A DNA stretch of 49,419 bases from Nanobdellota archaeon. GTDB taxonomy: Archaea; Nanobdellota; Nanobdellia; Woesearchaeales; WJIZ01. Position 1 is the stretch's first letter, and each line of letters starts with the position of its first letter. Of this stretch, positions 17,508 to 26,774 are shown piece after piece. The position numbers were made by a program, and so were the translations under genes. The notes under the pieces were generated by a model that saw nothing but the letters and a program-made list of their open reading frames with translations, was not told the origin of the DNA and did no database searches. The stretch is taken from assembly GCA_030647105.1 (NCBI GenBank), contig JAUSJW010000112.1, forward strand, positions 1 to 49,419, read 5' to 3'.

Positions 17508-18515
17508 ATGAGAAAAAAAGGGTTTATGTATACATTTTTTATCATCCTTCTCATCGGCCTGCTCACCCTGAGTTTCCAGCTCCAGAACCGTTCAAACACT
17601 GTGCTCGACCAGGCGACTCTTCTGACCGCTCGGATGGAAAGCACCAACGATCTCCTTGATGACGTTCTCCTTGATTTTAATCGTGTAGTCGGAGTTTCTG
17701 CGGTGCACGCGTTTCTCTCGGCGATTGAGATAGCGAGGAGAACCGAGACGTACCTTGACGATGTGAATCTCCGCATACCTGAGCTTATGCGCAACGGCAC
17801 CGAAGGGGGTGTGGAAATCAACGGCAGCAGAGACACGAGCTTAGCAGTTTGGGGTGAGGCGGTATCTAACATCTCAGGAGAATTCGGCGTCAATATCAGC
17901 CTGAGCCCCGCCGCAATCACCCTCTCTGAAGAAGGGCCCTGGATTGTCAACATCACGGCTACCGTGAATATCACCCTGCAGGACACCCTGAGCGATAGTC
18001 TTTGGAATTTCACCTATGTTAGCACCTATCTCATGAACATTTCCCAGCACAATCTCACCGATCCCACCTTTATTATCGAGGGCAGGCGGAATTACAACCT
18101 AAATACAGGCACGCCCACGTCTCAAGACCTACCAAGCGTCTTCTCGCAGAACCCCTACACGAGCTGGTGGTGGAACGACACCTCCCAATTCTATCCCCTG
18201 AACGTCAATGTCTCAGATTTGCGAGCGCACATGCAGACGTTCAGGTATCGCAACGACACGGATGCTCCGAGCTTCCTCATGCGCTTCGAGGGCAATTTCA
18301 GCGCGAGCCCGAACGGCATCGAGAGCTTTGTGGATGTCCTCGCTTCGCCTTGGAGCACAGACTATGCCGTTTCACCAATTTACTGCCTCACGGATTTCCA
18401 GTTCCTCGTTTCAGGCTGCACGACGCAGCATAGAATCACCAACATGCCGCCCAACTTTTATATCGACGACGCGCACCTCGTCTCCTATAACCTGACGAAG
18501 ATTAACAGCACCTAA
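17508..18515 (+). CDS. Pilin-like (class III signal candidate) extracellular protein, very rich in N-glycosylation sequons
   Basis: N-terminus MRKKG-FMYTFFIILLIGLLTL. I count 16 N-X-S/T sequons in 335 aa. Confidence 0.5.
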   Translation: MRKKGFMYTFFIILLIGLLTLSFQLQNRSNTVLDQATLLTARMESTNDLLDDVLLDFNRVVGVSAVHAFLSAIEIARRTETYLDDVNLRIPELMRNGTEGGVEINGSRDTSLAVWGEAVSNISGEFGVNISLSPAAITLSEEGPWIVNITATVNITLQDTLSDSLWNFTYVSTYLMNISQHNLTDPTFIIEGRRNYNLNTGTPTSQDLPSVFSQNPYTSWWWNDTSQFYPLNVNVSDLRAHMQTFRYRNDTDAPSFLMRFEGNFSASPNGIESFVDVLASPWSTDYAVSPIYCLTDFQFLVSGCTTQHRITNMPPNFYIDDAHLVSYNLTKINST

Positions 18516-18643
18516 GGGTATTCTAATCTTTCTTCCAGAATAAATAACTAGAGAACAAGATAAAAAAGAGAAATAAAGAATCTAATGGCAGCAGCAACTG
18601 CAGCTCTTCTTCTTTTCCTTTTTCTTGGTTTTTTCCATGAGAA

Positions 18644-20266
18644 TCACATATCCATGTCGCCGGGGTTCGGCATTCTCGGAGCTTGCTTGCTGCCAGAGCC
18701 CGCGATCACGTCGTCAATGCGAAGAATCATCACTGCCACTTCAGAGGCGCTGCTCACGGCCTGGGTCTTGATTTTCAGGGGTTCAAGGACTCCGCGCTTC
18801 CAGGCGTCCATGGATTTTCCAGTGAACACGTCGATGCCTGCCCACTTGTTGCCCTTGTCGTGCTGCGCCTTGAGTTCAGTGAGCACGTCGATAGGGTCAA
18901 GTCCCGCGTTCTCAGCGAGCGTGCGGGGGATGATGTCCATCGCGTCTGCGAAGGCGTTCACCGCGAGCTGCTCTCGTCCAGACAAACCCTGCGCGTATTT
19001 TCGCAGTTCCCTTCCAAGTTCAATCTCAGAGGCTCCTGCTCCGGCTACGACCTTGCCGCTCGCCAGAGCCGCTGAAACATCTCCGATGGCGTCTTCCATG
19101 GCGCGTTTCACTTCATCAACAACGTGCTCGGTTCCGCCGCGCACGAGGATAGTCACCGCTTTGGGATTCTTGCATTCCCGCACATAGGTCATCTGCTCGC
19201 TGCCGACGCGCACGTCCTCGACCATGCCCGCATGACCCAAATCGCTTGCTGAGAGGTCCTTGAGGCTGGTCACAAGCTTCGCGCCTGTCGCCCGCGCGAG
19301 CGCTTCCATATCGCTCTTCTTGGCGCGGCGCACAGCGTACACTCCCGCCTTCGCAAGGAAATGCTGGGCGACATCGTCGATGCCCTTCTGGCAGATGAGC
19401 ACATTCGCGCCCGACTTCACGATGCGGTCCACCTTGTCCTTGATCATGCGCTCTTCCTGGTCGAGGAACGCTTGGAGCTGGCTCGGGTCGGTGATTTGGA
19501 TCTTGGCGTCGATTTCAGTGTTCTTGATTTCAATGGCGCTGTCGACAAGCGCTATCTTCGCGTTCTTGACGCTCTGGGGCATGCCTGAATGTACGCGCTC
19601 CTTGTCGAGGACGATGCCAGAAATGAGCTCAGAATCATCAACGCTTCCGCCGACTTTCTTTTCGAGCTTGATATTCTCCTTGTCAACAAACGCGCCCTGG
19701 GCGTTGCGCTCGACGACCGTCCGTACCGCGCGCACCGTCAGCTCGGCGAGCACGTCTTTCGCGTTCTCCGCGCCCTTCCCGGTCATGGCAGTGATGGCTA
19801 TCTTCTTGAGCGAAACTTCGTCCTTGTCAGAGATGTTCTCCGCGATTTTGAGCAGGATTTCCTGCGCTTTTTGCTCGGCGAGGCGGTAGCCGCGCGCGAT
19901 GACCGTCGGATGCACGTCCTGCTCGATGAGCGCCTCGGCGTTCTTGAGGAATTCTCCCGCGAGAACGACCGCGGTCGTGGTGCCGTCGCCCACCTCGTCT
20001 TCCTGAGTCTTGGCGATTTCCACCATCATCTTCGCGGCGGGGTGCTCAATCTGGATTTCCTTGAGAATCGTCACACCGTCGTTCGTCACGATGACATCCC
20101 CCATGGAATCGACAATCATCTTGTCCATCCCCTTGGGGCCAAGCGTCGTACGAACCGTCTCAGCGACGAGCTTCGCGGCCATGATATTGTTCTTCTGCGC
20201 GTTCCTTCCTGTGGTGCGCTGGGTGCCTTCCGGCAGGATATAAATAGGTTGTACTTGGTTGTTCAT
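18644..20266 (-). CDS. ths: Thermosome subunit (group II chaperonin)
   Basis: [26 protein letters not shown] and VAGAGA motifs; 540 aa. The TATA (reverse complement of 20309-20319) lies about 47 nt upstream, and a GGGGGT SD-like element precedes the ATG. Confidence 0.95.
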   Translation of the reverse strand: MNNQVQPIYILPEGTQRTTGRNAQKNNIMAAKLVAETVRTTLGPKGMDKMIVDSMGDVIVTNDGVTILKEIQIEHPAAKMMVEIAKTQEDEVGDGTTTAVVLAGEFLKNAEALIEQDVHPTVIARGYRLAEQKAQEILLKIAENISDKDEVSLKKIAITAMTGKGAENAKDVLAELTVRAVRTVVERNAQGAFVDKENIKLEKKVGGSVDDSELISGIVLDKERVHSGMPQSVKNAKIALVDSAIEIKNTEIDAKIQITDPSQLQAFLDQEERMIKDKVDRIVKSGANVLICQKGIDDVAQHFLAKAGVYAVRRAKKSDMEALARATGAKLVTSLKDLSASDLGHAGMVEDVRVGSEQMTYVRECKNPKAVTILVRGGTEHVVDEVKRAMEDAIGDVSAALASGKVVAGAGASEIELGRELRKYAQGLSGREQLAVNAFADAMDIIPRTLAENAGLDPIDVLTELKAQHDKGNKWAGIDVFTGKSMDAWKRGVLEPLKIKTQAVSSASEVAVMILRIDDVIAGSGSKQAPRMPNPGDMDM

Positions 20267-20327
20267 GTGAATCTACCCCCTTGTCTGGTAGGTTACGGGA
20301 AGGAAAAGTTGTTTATAAAGGTTGCTC

Positions 20328-20969
20328 CTATCTTTGGGAATCCATTCTCAAATACCTGCCGTTTGCATATCTTATCGCAGTTTCAATGCCCAGAGCAGCT
20401 TCAGCACTATTTCCCAAAACGACTCTCGCGCTATTCGAAGGCAACCCTCCAATGAATCCCCTAAGAGAAACAGCCATGCCTTCAACTTGGAGAGGGGGTA
20501 TGCCTTCATGATTGTAGTTGCTATTGATGAGATAAACATCCAATGGACCGCCAGCAGATTTTACTGCGAAAAGAAGGGCGTCTATCTCTCCAACATTAAA
20601 ATGAGTCCTTACTTCTCCTAGGGTAGGAAACTGATTTGCTCCCTGGCCGCTCGCTTGGGCAATTTTAGGCTTCCAATTTCCAGTAAGGTAAGTTTGCCCG
20701 CCATAATCTGCAGAAAATTTTCCGGGCGCTTCATTACTGACAAAAAAAGCGCGTAAACGATCATCAAGTACGCCTCCAACCCGAACGACAGGTCTTGAGA
20801 CCTGTTCAAGTCTGCTCAGGGGCCCTTCATACCAGACCTCCACCGGTTTACGGTAAGGGTCGATTCCAGCTAGTTTGAATCCGGGTCCCTTCAAATCTGC
20901 TCCAGCGACAAATCCAGTCAGCTCCACAACTATCAAAGAGCCTTCTTTCGCTTGGGTTGGGGAAGTCAT
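20328..20969 (-). CDS. Hypothetical protein (213 aa), AT-richer than flanks
   Basis: Only long ORF in this stretch. No family recognised. Confidence 0.45.
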   Translation of the reverse strand: MTSPTQAKEGSLIVVELTGFVAGADLKGPGFKLAGIDPYRKPVEVWYEGPLSRLEQVSRPVVRVGGVLDDRLRAFFVSNEAPGKFSADYGGQTYLTGNWKPKIAQASGQGANQFPTLGEVRTHFNVGEIDALLFAVKSAGGPLDVYLINSNYNHEGIPPLQVEGMAVSLRGFIGGLPSNSARVVLGNSAEAALGIETAIRYANGRYLRMDSQR

Positions 20970-21083
20970 GGAGTATCCGTTTCTATTTTGTTATCTCTAA
21001 GGAGTAACTACTTATTTATAAATCTACGCTCTTTATAGGCTAGGCGCAAAAGCTATTTATACTTGCGCACCTCGGCACCCCTT

Positions 21084-21554
21084 ATGCAAGACGACTGGCC
21101 CCGTATCACGAACAAGCAGGAAGAAGAGATGAATCGGGTAGCCAATATGCTCTTCAGCAAGGGCCTCGCTGCCTCGTTGTGGGACGCGAAAGAACGCGCC
21201 CGGGACATCGTCGGCCTCAATCCGCCGCAGAAGATGGGGCGCGCACCCCTGCCAGAGCCCAAAGTTGAAGTTGATTCAATTCTCAAAGGCGCAGGCATAA
21301 ACACCGAGCAGCTCATCGAGGCGGCGAAAAAGGAAGCTGAGCAGAATCAGCAAGTCATCGACGCCGCCATGAAACAGTACAAGGAGTCCGTCTTCACCGA
21401 CGCTCTGCCCATGGACAAGAAAGTCTCGGAACTCATGGAAGAGCCCCAGCCTACTACCGAGGCGCCAGAGCCCGTTCAGCAAGAAGAGACTCCCCAGGTC
21501 GTCAAGGTGAAGACCGACGAAGAAGAGAATCTCTACAAGGATTTCGAAGGCTAA
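21084..21554 (+). CDS. Hypothetical acidic protein (156 aa)
   Basis: TATA CTATTTATAC at 21053-21062 is about 25 nt upstream of ATG 21084. The C-terminal half is rich in E, P and Q. Confidence 0.45.
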   Translation: MQDDWPRITNKQEEEMNRVANMLFSKGLAASLWDAKERARDIVGLNPPQKMGRAPLPEPKVEVDSILKGAGINTEQLIEAAKKEAEQNQQVIDAAMKQYKESVFTDALPMDKKVSELMEEPQPTTEAPEPVQQEETPQVVKVKTDEEENLYKDFEG

Positions 21555-21646
21555 CTTTTTTAAATGCGTTCATATTCAAGAGTTCTATGAAGCAGGTCCT
21601 ACCGATTATTCGCGACGGTAGCACAAACGCAAAATAGGGGGAGACC

Positions 21647-22867
21647 ATGACAAAAATAGTACTCATCATTGCGGACGGGCTTGGAGACCGTCCCATTGCC
21701 GAACTGGGCTATCAGACACCTCTTGAGGCCGCAACCACTCCTCATCTTGACCGCATGGCTAAGGAAGGCATCTGCGGCCAGATGCACACAATCGATGTCG
21801 GCGTCCGCCCGGGATCTGATGTCGCGCACCTCCATATCTTCGGCTATCCTATGGGCGAAGCGTATTCCGGAAGAGGCGTATTCGAGGTCTTGGGGGTCGG
21901 CATGGACCTTCAGCGGGGGGATATCGCATTCAGGGGCAACTTGGCAACGATGGAGGGCGGAAAGCTCAAGGATCGTCGCGCAGGGAGAATGTCTTCAAGC
22001 CTGGTCATCGAACCCGGCATGAAGGTGCAAATAGAAGATGTCACGTTTCTCCTGAGTCCAGCAGTATCCCATCGTGTGGGTGTTATCATGCGAGGCCCAG
22101 GGCTCACCCATGACATCCTGGACGTAGATCCCCATAACACCGGTGAGGCGCCGCGCAGGAAACTCGCTAAAGATACTCGCAAGGAGAGCCAAAAAACCGA
22201 GCGAGTCATCAACGCCTTCGTTGACCATATGGCCGCGTACCTATGCAATCACCCTAAAATCAAGCAGCTGAAGGCAGAAGGGAAGCCCCACGGGAACTTC
22301 CTGAGCCTGCGCGGAGCTGGAGAGCACATACACTTGCTCTCATTTAAGGAAAAGTACGGCCTCACCGCGTGTTGCATCTCAGGAGCAGGACTGTACAAAG
22401 GAGTTGCCCGGGCCGTCGGCATGGACATCCTTAACGTTGAAGGAGCCACAGGGACACTAGACACGAATCTTGATGCAAAGGTAAAAGCCTGCGTCGAGCA
22501 GTTACCCAAGTATGACTTTGTTTTCGTGCACATGAAGTTCGCGGACTCCCTTGCCGAAGTAGGCGATTTCAAGGGAAAAAAGGTGTTCATCGAGCGAATC
22601 GATAAAAGTCTTGCGCCCCTCCTCAAGATGGAGGATACGGTCGTTTTCTTTTCCGGCGACCACAGCACCGCTTGCTCACTCAAGGCCCATTCCGGCGACC
22701 CGGTTCCTGCGGTTTTCTGGGGTCCTCGTACCGTCGTGCGGACAGATGCGTGCACCAGCTTTGGTGAACGGGCCTGCCAGCAGGGGGGGATGGGGCACTT
22801 CAAGGGGTTGGATGTGATGCAAGAACTGCTCAACCTTGCAGGAAAACAGCACCTCGTCGGGAACTAA
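21647..22867 (+). CDS. apgM: Cofactor-independent phosphoglycerate mutase, archaeal type
   Basis: The N-terminus IVLIIADGLGDRPIAELGYQTPLEAATTPHLDRMAKEG is typical of ApgM. An SD-like GGGGGAG sits 6-8 nt upstream. Confidence 0.85.
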   Translation: MTKIVLIIADGLGDRPIAELGYQTPLEAATTPHLDRMAKEGICGQMHTIDVGVRPGSDVAHLHIFGYPMGEAYSGRGVFEVLGVGMDLQRGDIAFRGNLATMEGGKLKDRRAGRMSSSLVIEPGMKVQIEDVTFLLSPAVSHRVGVIMRGPGLTHDILDVDPHNTGEAPRRKLAKDTRKESQKTERVINAFVDHMAAYLCNHPKIKQLKAEGKPHGNFLSLRGAGEHIHLLSFKEKYGLTACCISGAGLYKGVARAVGMDILNVEGATGTLDTNLDAKVKACVEQLPKYDFVFVHMKFADSLAEVGDFKGKKVFIERIDKSLAPLLKMEDTVVFFSGDHSTACSLKAHSGDPVPAVFWGPRTVVRTDACTSFGERACQQGGMGHFKGLDVMQELLNLAGKQHLVGN

Positions 22868-23589
22868 TCCGCGAGAAGAGCGGCGCCGACGATCCCAGCG
22901 TCTTCCAGCTTGCTCTGCTCAACCTTAACGGGAAACAGCGCGCGCTTCTTGATTTCAGCGAGCATCGGCTTCTGAAATGCAGAAAACGCTTTCGATTTCC
23001 CGCCAACAAGCACGACGATTTCAGGATGCAACAGGTTCACAAGATTAGCAACACCGATTCCAAGGAGCTTTCCAAACGTATCCATCTCCTCCTTTTTCGC
23101 ATGCTCAAGGTTCATCTTCAGAAGCGACTCCAGGCAGCCGTCATTCCAGCAGCAGTTTGATTTCTTTCCCTTGTAATCAATCGTCATGTGCCCAGCTTCC
23201 GCAGGACGAAGAACGCCGTCGAGAACCATCCCGGAACCGACGCCCGTACCCAGCGTCAAACAAACAAGATTCTGAGTCTTGCGCGCGTAAGCTTCCGCCC
23301 AGGCGGCGCACGCCGCGTCATTATGGACTACAACGTTTCCAAGCTCCTTGAAATCAAATCCAGAAAGCGGAAGATTCGGGCAGAACGTAACCCGAGTGCC
23401 TTCGATAACTCCCGGGCATCCAATCCCAACCGCGTCGGCGTGCGCGAACGAGATAATCGTGCGAAGCGCCCGGACAATCTCTTTTTGAGTCTTAGGGGTT
23501 GGCACTTCGACTTTTTCTTTGACCTCAAGTCCCGTAACCATCCCTGCTTTGATGGTCGTTCCGCCAATGTCGATACCGAGAAGAGTCAT
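22864..23589 (-). CDS. ROK-family sugar kinase (glucokinase-like)
   Basis: LLGIDIGGTTIKAG ATP-binding motif and Cys cluster CCWNDGCLE. ATG 23589 lies 23 nt downstream of the TATA. The track extension to 23727 is upstream of the promoter. Confidence 0.8.
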   Translation of the reverse strand: MTLLGIDIGGTTIKAGMVTGLEVKEKVEVPTPKTQKEIVRALRTIISFAHADAVGIGCPGVIEGTRVTFCPNLPLSGFDFKELGNVVVHNDAACAAWAEAYARKTQNLVCLTLGTGVGSGMVLDGVLRPAEAGHMTIDYKGKKSNCCWNDGCLESLLKMNLEHAKKEEMDTFGKLLGIGVANLVNLLHPEIVVLVGGKSKAFSAFQKPMLAEIKKRALFPVKVEQSKLEDAGIVGAALLAD

Positions 23590-23610
23590 ACACCGCTTCT
23601 GGAAAGAATC

Positions 23611-23642
23611 GTATAAAAAGGTTTCCACAACGCTTTTATAAG
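23611..23642. promoter_or_regulatory. Divergent promoter pair (ROK kinase on the minus strand, helicase fragment on the plus strand)
   Basis: The reverse complement of 23611-23626 reads GGAAACCTTTTTATAC. CTTTTATAAG at 23633-23642 is about 25 nt upstream of ATG 23663. Confidence 0.65.
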
Positions 23643-23662
23643 TTCCTACCTTCCTTGTTTCT

Positions 23663-24337
23663 ATGCATCTCTCCGAAATCTCAGCCAAGCTCCCCGAGAA
23701 ACTGCATGCGGTCCTCTCAAAAACCATCGAAGAGCTTCGCCCTTCTCAAGAGAAAGCAATCAACGCCGGTCTCCTCGACGGCAAGAGCCTCTTAGTCTGC
23801 ACTCCAACCGCCTCAGGCAAGACGCTCATCGCCGAATTAGCCGCCGTAAAGAACATCCTCGAAGGCAAGGGCAAAGCGATTTACATCGTCCCTCTAAAAG
23901 CGTTAGCATCTGAAAAATACAAGGAGTTCAGCAAAAAGTACGCGGGCCTCTTCACCATCGCTCTGTCAATAGGTGACTTGGACTCAGCGGAGCCAGGACT
24001 CGCGGAAAAAGACTTCCTGTTCGTAACAAGCGAGAAGCTCGACTCCTTAATCCGCCACAGCGCTCCCTGGTTAAAACAAGTGAGAACAGTGATTGTCGAC
24101 GAAATCCACTTGCTTAACGACCCCGACCGCGGCCCAACGCTAGAAGTCATCATCACGCTCCTAAAACAGCTCCTTCCAAAGATGCAGCTATTAGGGCTTT
24201 CAGCTACCATTGGCAACCCGCAAGAATTGGCAGATTGGCTCAAAGCGGAATTAGTCGAAGACGCCTGGCGTCCCGTAACCTTAGAAGAAGGTATCTATCT
24301 CGCGGGAAACCTCACGTTTCACGCTAGTACCAGGTGA
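23663..24337 (+). CDS. Ski2/Hel308-like SF2 helicase, RecA1 domain only (possible gene fragment)
   Basis: Motifs I (TPTASGKT), II (VDEIHLL) and III (LSATIGN) are present. The ORF stops after 224 aa with no RecA2 or later domains. The sequence downstream is antisense to the next gene. Confidence 0.6.
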   Translation: MHLSEISAKLPEKLHAVLSKTIEELRPSQEKAINAGLLDGKSLLVCTPTASGKTLIAELAAVKNILEGKGKAIYIVPLKALASEKYKEFSKKYAGLFTIALSIGDLDSAEPGLAEKDFLFVTSEKLDSLIRHSAPWLKQVRTVIVDEIHLLNDPDRGPTLEVIITLLKQLLPKMQLLGLSATIGNPQELADWLKAELVEDAWRPVTLEEGIYLAGNLTFHASTR

Positions 24338-24842
24338 GATTCGCAAGAGTCTCAAGGGTAATCAAAATCAATGTCAGAATCGCAATAGGGAGAATAACCG
24401 CTACCGCTGCCTTGACCGCTCCAAACTGCTCGGCTTCTTTGGTTACAAATACCAAGACCACGAGCATCCAAACTCCAAGGATGATTCCAATGGCTTTTCC
24501 AAAGAGCGGAATGCTCTCGAGCGGCGAAAGCCAGGTCAGGATGGATGCGTAGAAGATCGGCCTCATCATCTCTTTAAGCGTTCCCTTCCCGCGGAAAAGT
24601 TTGGCCGTGCCATGGATGAGCAGCGCGAAGAAAACGACACTCACAATCGCACTGAGAATTGAGAAGACAAGCGAGGCCGCGGTTTCAGTGCCCTTGAAGA
24701 GACCCCACAGGCCGTTCACTGCCCCTCCAATCGCCGCGATGAGCAAGCCACTCTTCAGAGCTTTCTGTTCCTTTGAAATCTGGCGTATTGCTGCAGTATC
24801 TAACTTTGCCACGCGCACTGCCAGAAGAATCTCGGAGTTCAT
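24324..24842 (-). CDS. Multi-pass membrane protein (Yip1-like topology, tentative)
   Basis: About 5 hydrophobic segments. ATGA overlap with the ftsY stop. Confidence 0.5.
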   Translation of the reverse strand: MNSEILLAVRVAKLDTAAIRQISKEQKALKSGLLIAAIGGAVNGLWGLFKGTETAASLVFSILSAIVSVVFFALLIHGTAKLFRGKGTLKEMMRPIFYASILTWLSPLESIPLFGKAIGIILGVWMLVVLVFVTKEAEQFGAVKAAVAVILPIAILTLILITLETLANLTWY

Positions 24843-26359
24843 GTCAGTCCCAGGCTCTGCAAGAATTCCTCCTTGTCGAACCGCTTCAAATCTGTATACT
24901 CCTGTCCCATCCCTAGGAAAAGAATCGGTTTCTGCGTCACGTAGCTGACAGACAGCGCCGCTCCGCCCTTCTCGTCGATATCCGCTTTCGCGAGGATAAT
25001 CCCGTCAATTCCAATTGCGGAATTGAACTGCTGGGCCTGTTCCACGCAATCATTGCCCGTGATGGCCTCGCCAACAAAGAGTTTCAGGTCCGGTTTCGCG
25101 ACGCGCATAATCTTCTTCATCTCATCAACCAGATTCGTATTCGAGTGCAATCTTCCGGCGGTATCAATCAACACGACGTCAGCGTCCTTCGCCTCGGCGT
25201 ACTTGACCGCGTCGAAAGCGACAGCCGCGGGGTCTGAGCCGTAATCGTGCTTAATCATCTTCACGCCTAAATTATCCGCATGAATCTGCAACTGGTCAAT
25301 CGCCGCCGCTCGGAAGGTGTCAGCGGCCGCCAGCACCACTTTTTTCTTGTGGTCAAGCAGGAATCTCGTAACCTTCGCGATGCTCGTCGTTTTCCCGGAG
25401 CCGTTGATGCCCACAAAGCAGATGACAAACGGCTTCTTCTTGGAAATGCGCTGAAGAAGGTCAATCGGCGGGACATCCAGTACGCCCGCAATGCTCTTGC
25501 GCAGCTCTTCTACGATGGTCTCCTCGACCTGGCCCCTTCGGATGGGAATATCAACAAGCGCGGTTTTCAGGTCCGCCTTCAGTTTCTCGATAACCTCAAC
25601 CGCGACGTTGTTCTCCAGGAGCCCGACTTCGAGGTCCCAGAACAACTCGTCGAACTTCTCGGAGCTGATTTTCTTTGTGACAATCTTCTCAGTGAGCTTC
25701 GCGAAGAACCCTTTCTTCTCAACAGCAGGCTCTACTTTCTGAGCAGTGATTTCCCTCGAACGCATAACCCTCTCTTCTTTCTTGGGTTCTTCATGGACCC
25801 TCTTTTGAATCGGATCTTCAGGTTCCTCTTCAATCTCGGGAGCCTCCTCAATCAGCTTCGCGATGTCAATTTTTTCAGAAACAACAACCTTCTGGACGGG
25901 CTGTTCGTTCAACTCCTTGTCCTCGCTGAAGGAAGTGACCGCCTCAAGGGGCGCTTCTGGAATATGTTCTTCTTCTTTCTCTTCAGGATACTCTTCTGCG
26001 ACTGGCGTTTCAACGGGAATTTCTTTTGGAGTAGGAACAGCCACATCTTCAACGTGTTCTTGGAGGGGGGGCTCTTCAATGGGCGCGGGAGGAGCAACTT
26101 CAACAGGAATCTCTTTCTTCCCAAAGAGCTTGCTGAAGAATCCGCGCTTCTCTTCTTTCGGTATGGGCGCAACCTTCTTCTCGACAAGAGGTTCTGCCGC
26201 TTTCGAGACTGAAGCGACCTCTGGAATACTAGTTTTCCCAGTCTCTTCAGAATTTTTCTTGACCGGAACCTCAACTATTTCTTCTGGCGCTTCCTCGTCT
26301 ATTTTTTTGGTGAGCGCCGAGATTCCCGCTTTGAGTTTTTCCTTGAGAAACTTAAACAT
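24839..26359 (-). CDS. ftsY: Signal recognition particle receptor FtsY with a long acidic N-terminal domain
   Basis: NG domain motifs GINGSGKTTSIAKV, DTAGR and AKADID. Start at ATG 26359 (MFKFLKEKLK), overlapping pfdA by 8 nt. Confidence 0.9.
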   Translation of the reverse strand: MFKFLKEKLKAGISALTKKIDEEAPEEIVEVPVKKNSEETGKTSIPEVASVSKAAEPLVEKKVAPIPKEEKRGFFSKLFGKKEIPVEVAPPAPIEEPPLQEHVEDVAVPTPKEIPVETPVAEEYPEEKEEEHIPEAPLEAVTSFSEDKELNEQPVQKVVVSEKIDIAKLIEEAPEIEEEPEDPIQKRVHEEPKKEERVMRSREITAQKVEPAVEKKGFFAKLTEKIVTKKISSEKFDELFWDLEVGLLENNVAVEVIEKLKADLKTALVDIPIRRGQVEETIVEELRKSIAGVLDVPPIDLLQRISKKKPFVICFVGINGSGKTTSIAKVTRFLLDHKKKVVLAAADTFRAAAIDQLQIHADNLGVKMIKHDYGSDPAAVAFDAVKYAEAKDADVVLIDTAGRLHSNTNLVDEMKKIMRVAKPDLKLFVGEAITGNDCVEQAQQFNSAIGIDGIILAKADIDEKGGAALSVSYVTQKPILFLGMGQEYTDLKRFDKEEFLQSLGLT

Positions 26360-26774
26360 CTGATAGCTCCTTCTCCAGTTCGGCCGCGCGCGACACGAGC
26401 TTGTCGATGTTCTGCGCGAGCGCGACACGGAATTCCTGCAGCTCGTCCTTCTGCTTCGCGACGAGCGCGCGGGCGTCCGCGACCGAGCGGTCGACAACAA
26501 CCCCTGCCCCCACATTCAACAGCAGCTTCTCCGGCCGATGCAGCGTGGCTTTCGCGAAAATTCCGTTGTTGAAGGGCACGAGCACTTCCTCGCCGCCCTC
26601 CAGCTTCGAAAACTCATCAAGGCTCTGCAGCGTCCCCATGGCGTCGACTAGCTGGGTGTCGGCCATCTCGAGTTGCTCTTTCAGCTGCTTGATATTGTGG
26701 TCGAGAAGCTGGTACTCAAGCATTTTCTTCTGTGTATTCTCGCTTGGAGACTTGCTCATGTTTTCCTCTGACAA
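26352..26774 (-). CDS. pfdA: Prefoldin alpha subunit
   Basis: Coiled coil, beta-hairpin region (VLVPFNNGIFAKATL), coiled coil. The start is uncertain: in-frame ATGs at 26774, 26759 and 26723, and the last gives only an 8-nt overlap with prs. Confidence 0.8.
   Translation of the reverse strand: MSEENMSKSPSENTQKKMLEYQLLDHNIKQLKEQLEMADTQLVDAMGTLQSLDEFSKLEGGEEVLVPFNNGIFAKATLHRPEKLLLNVGAGVVVDRSVADARALVAKQKDELQEFRVALAQNIDKLVSRAAELEKELSDV

Noticed and set aside
17384-18013. 209-aa minus-strand ORF overlapping the pilin-like gene and the gatD start
   Set aside because: It would cross the divergent promoter region and overlap gatD. The plus-strand ORF has a correctly spaced TATA and a plausible signal sequence.
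18585-20455. Three long plus-strand ORFs (200, 209 and 288 aa) over the thermosome locus
   Set aside because: They are antisense to an unmistakable thermosome gene and their products are low-complexity and Arg/Ser/Leu-rich. This is the typical shadow ORF pattern of a GC-rich gene.
25280-26212. 310-aa plus-strand ORF
   Set aside because: It is antisense to ftsY, its composition is low-complexity (L/F/R-rich), and it has no promoter.
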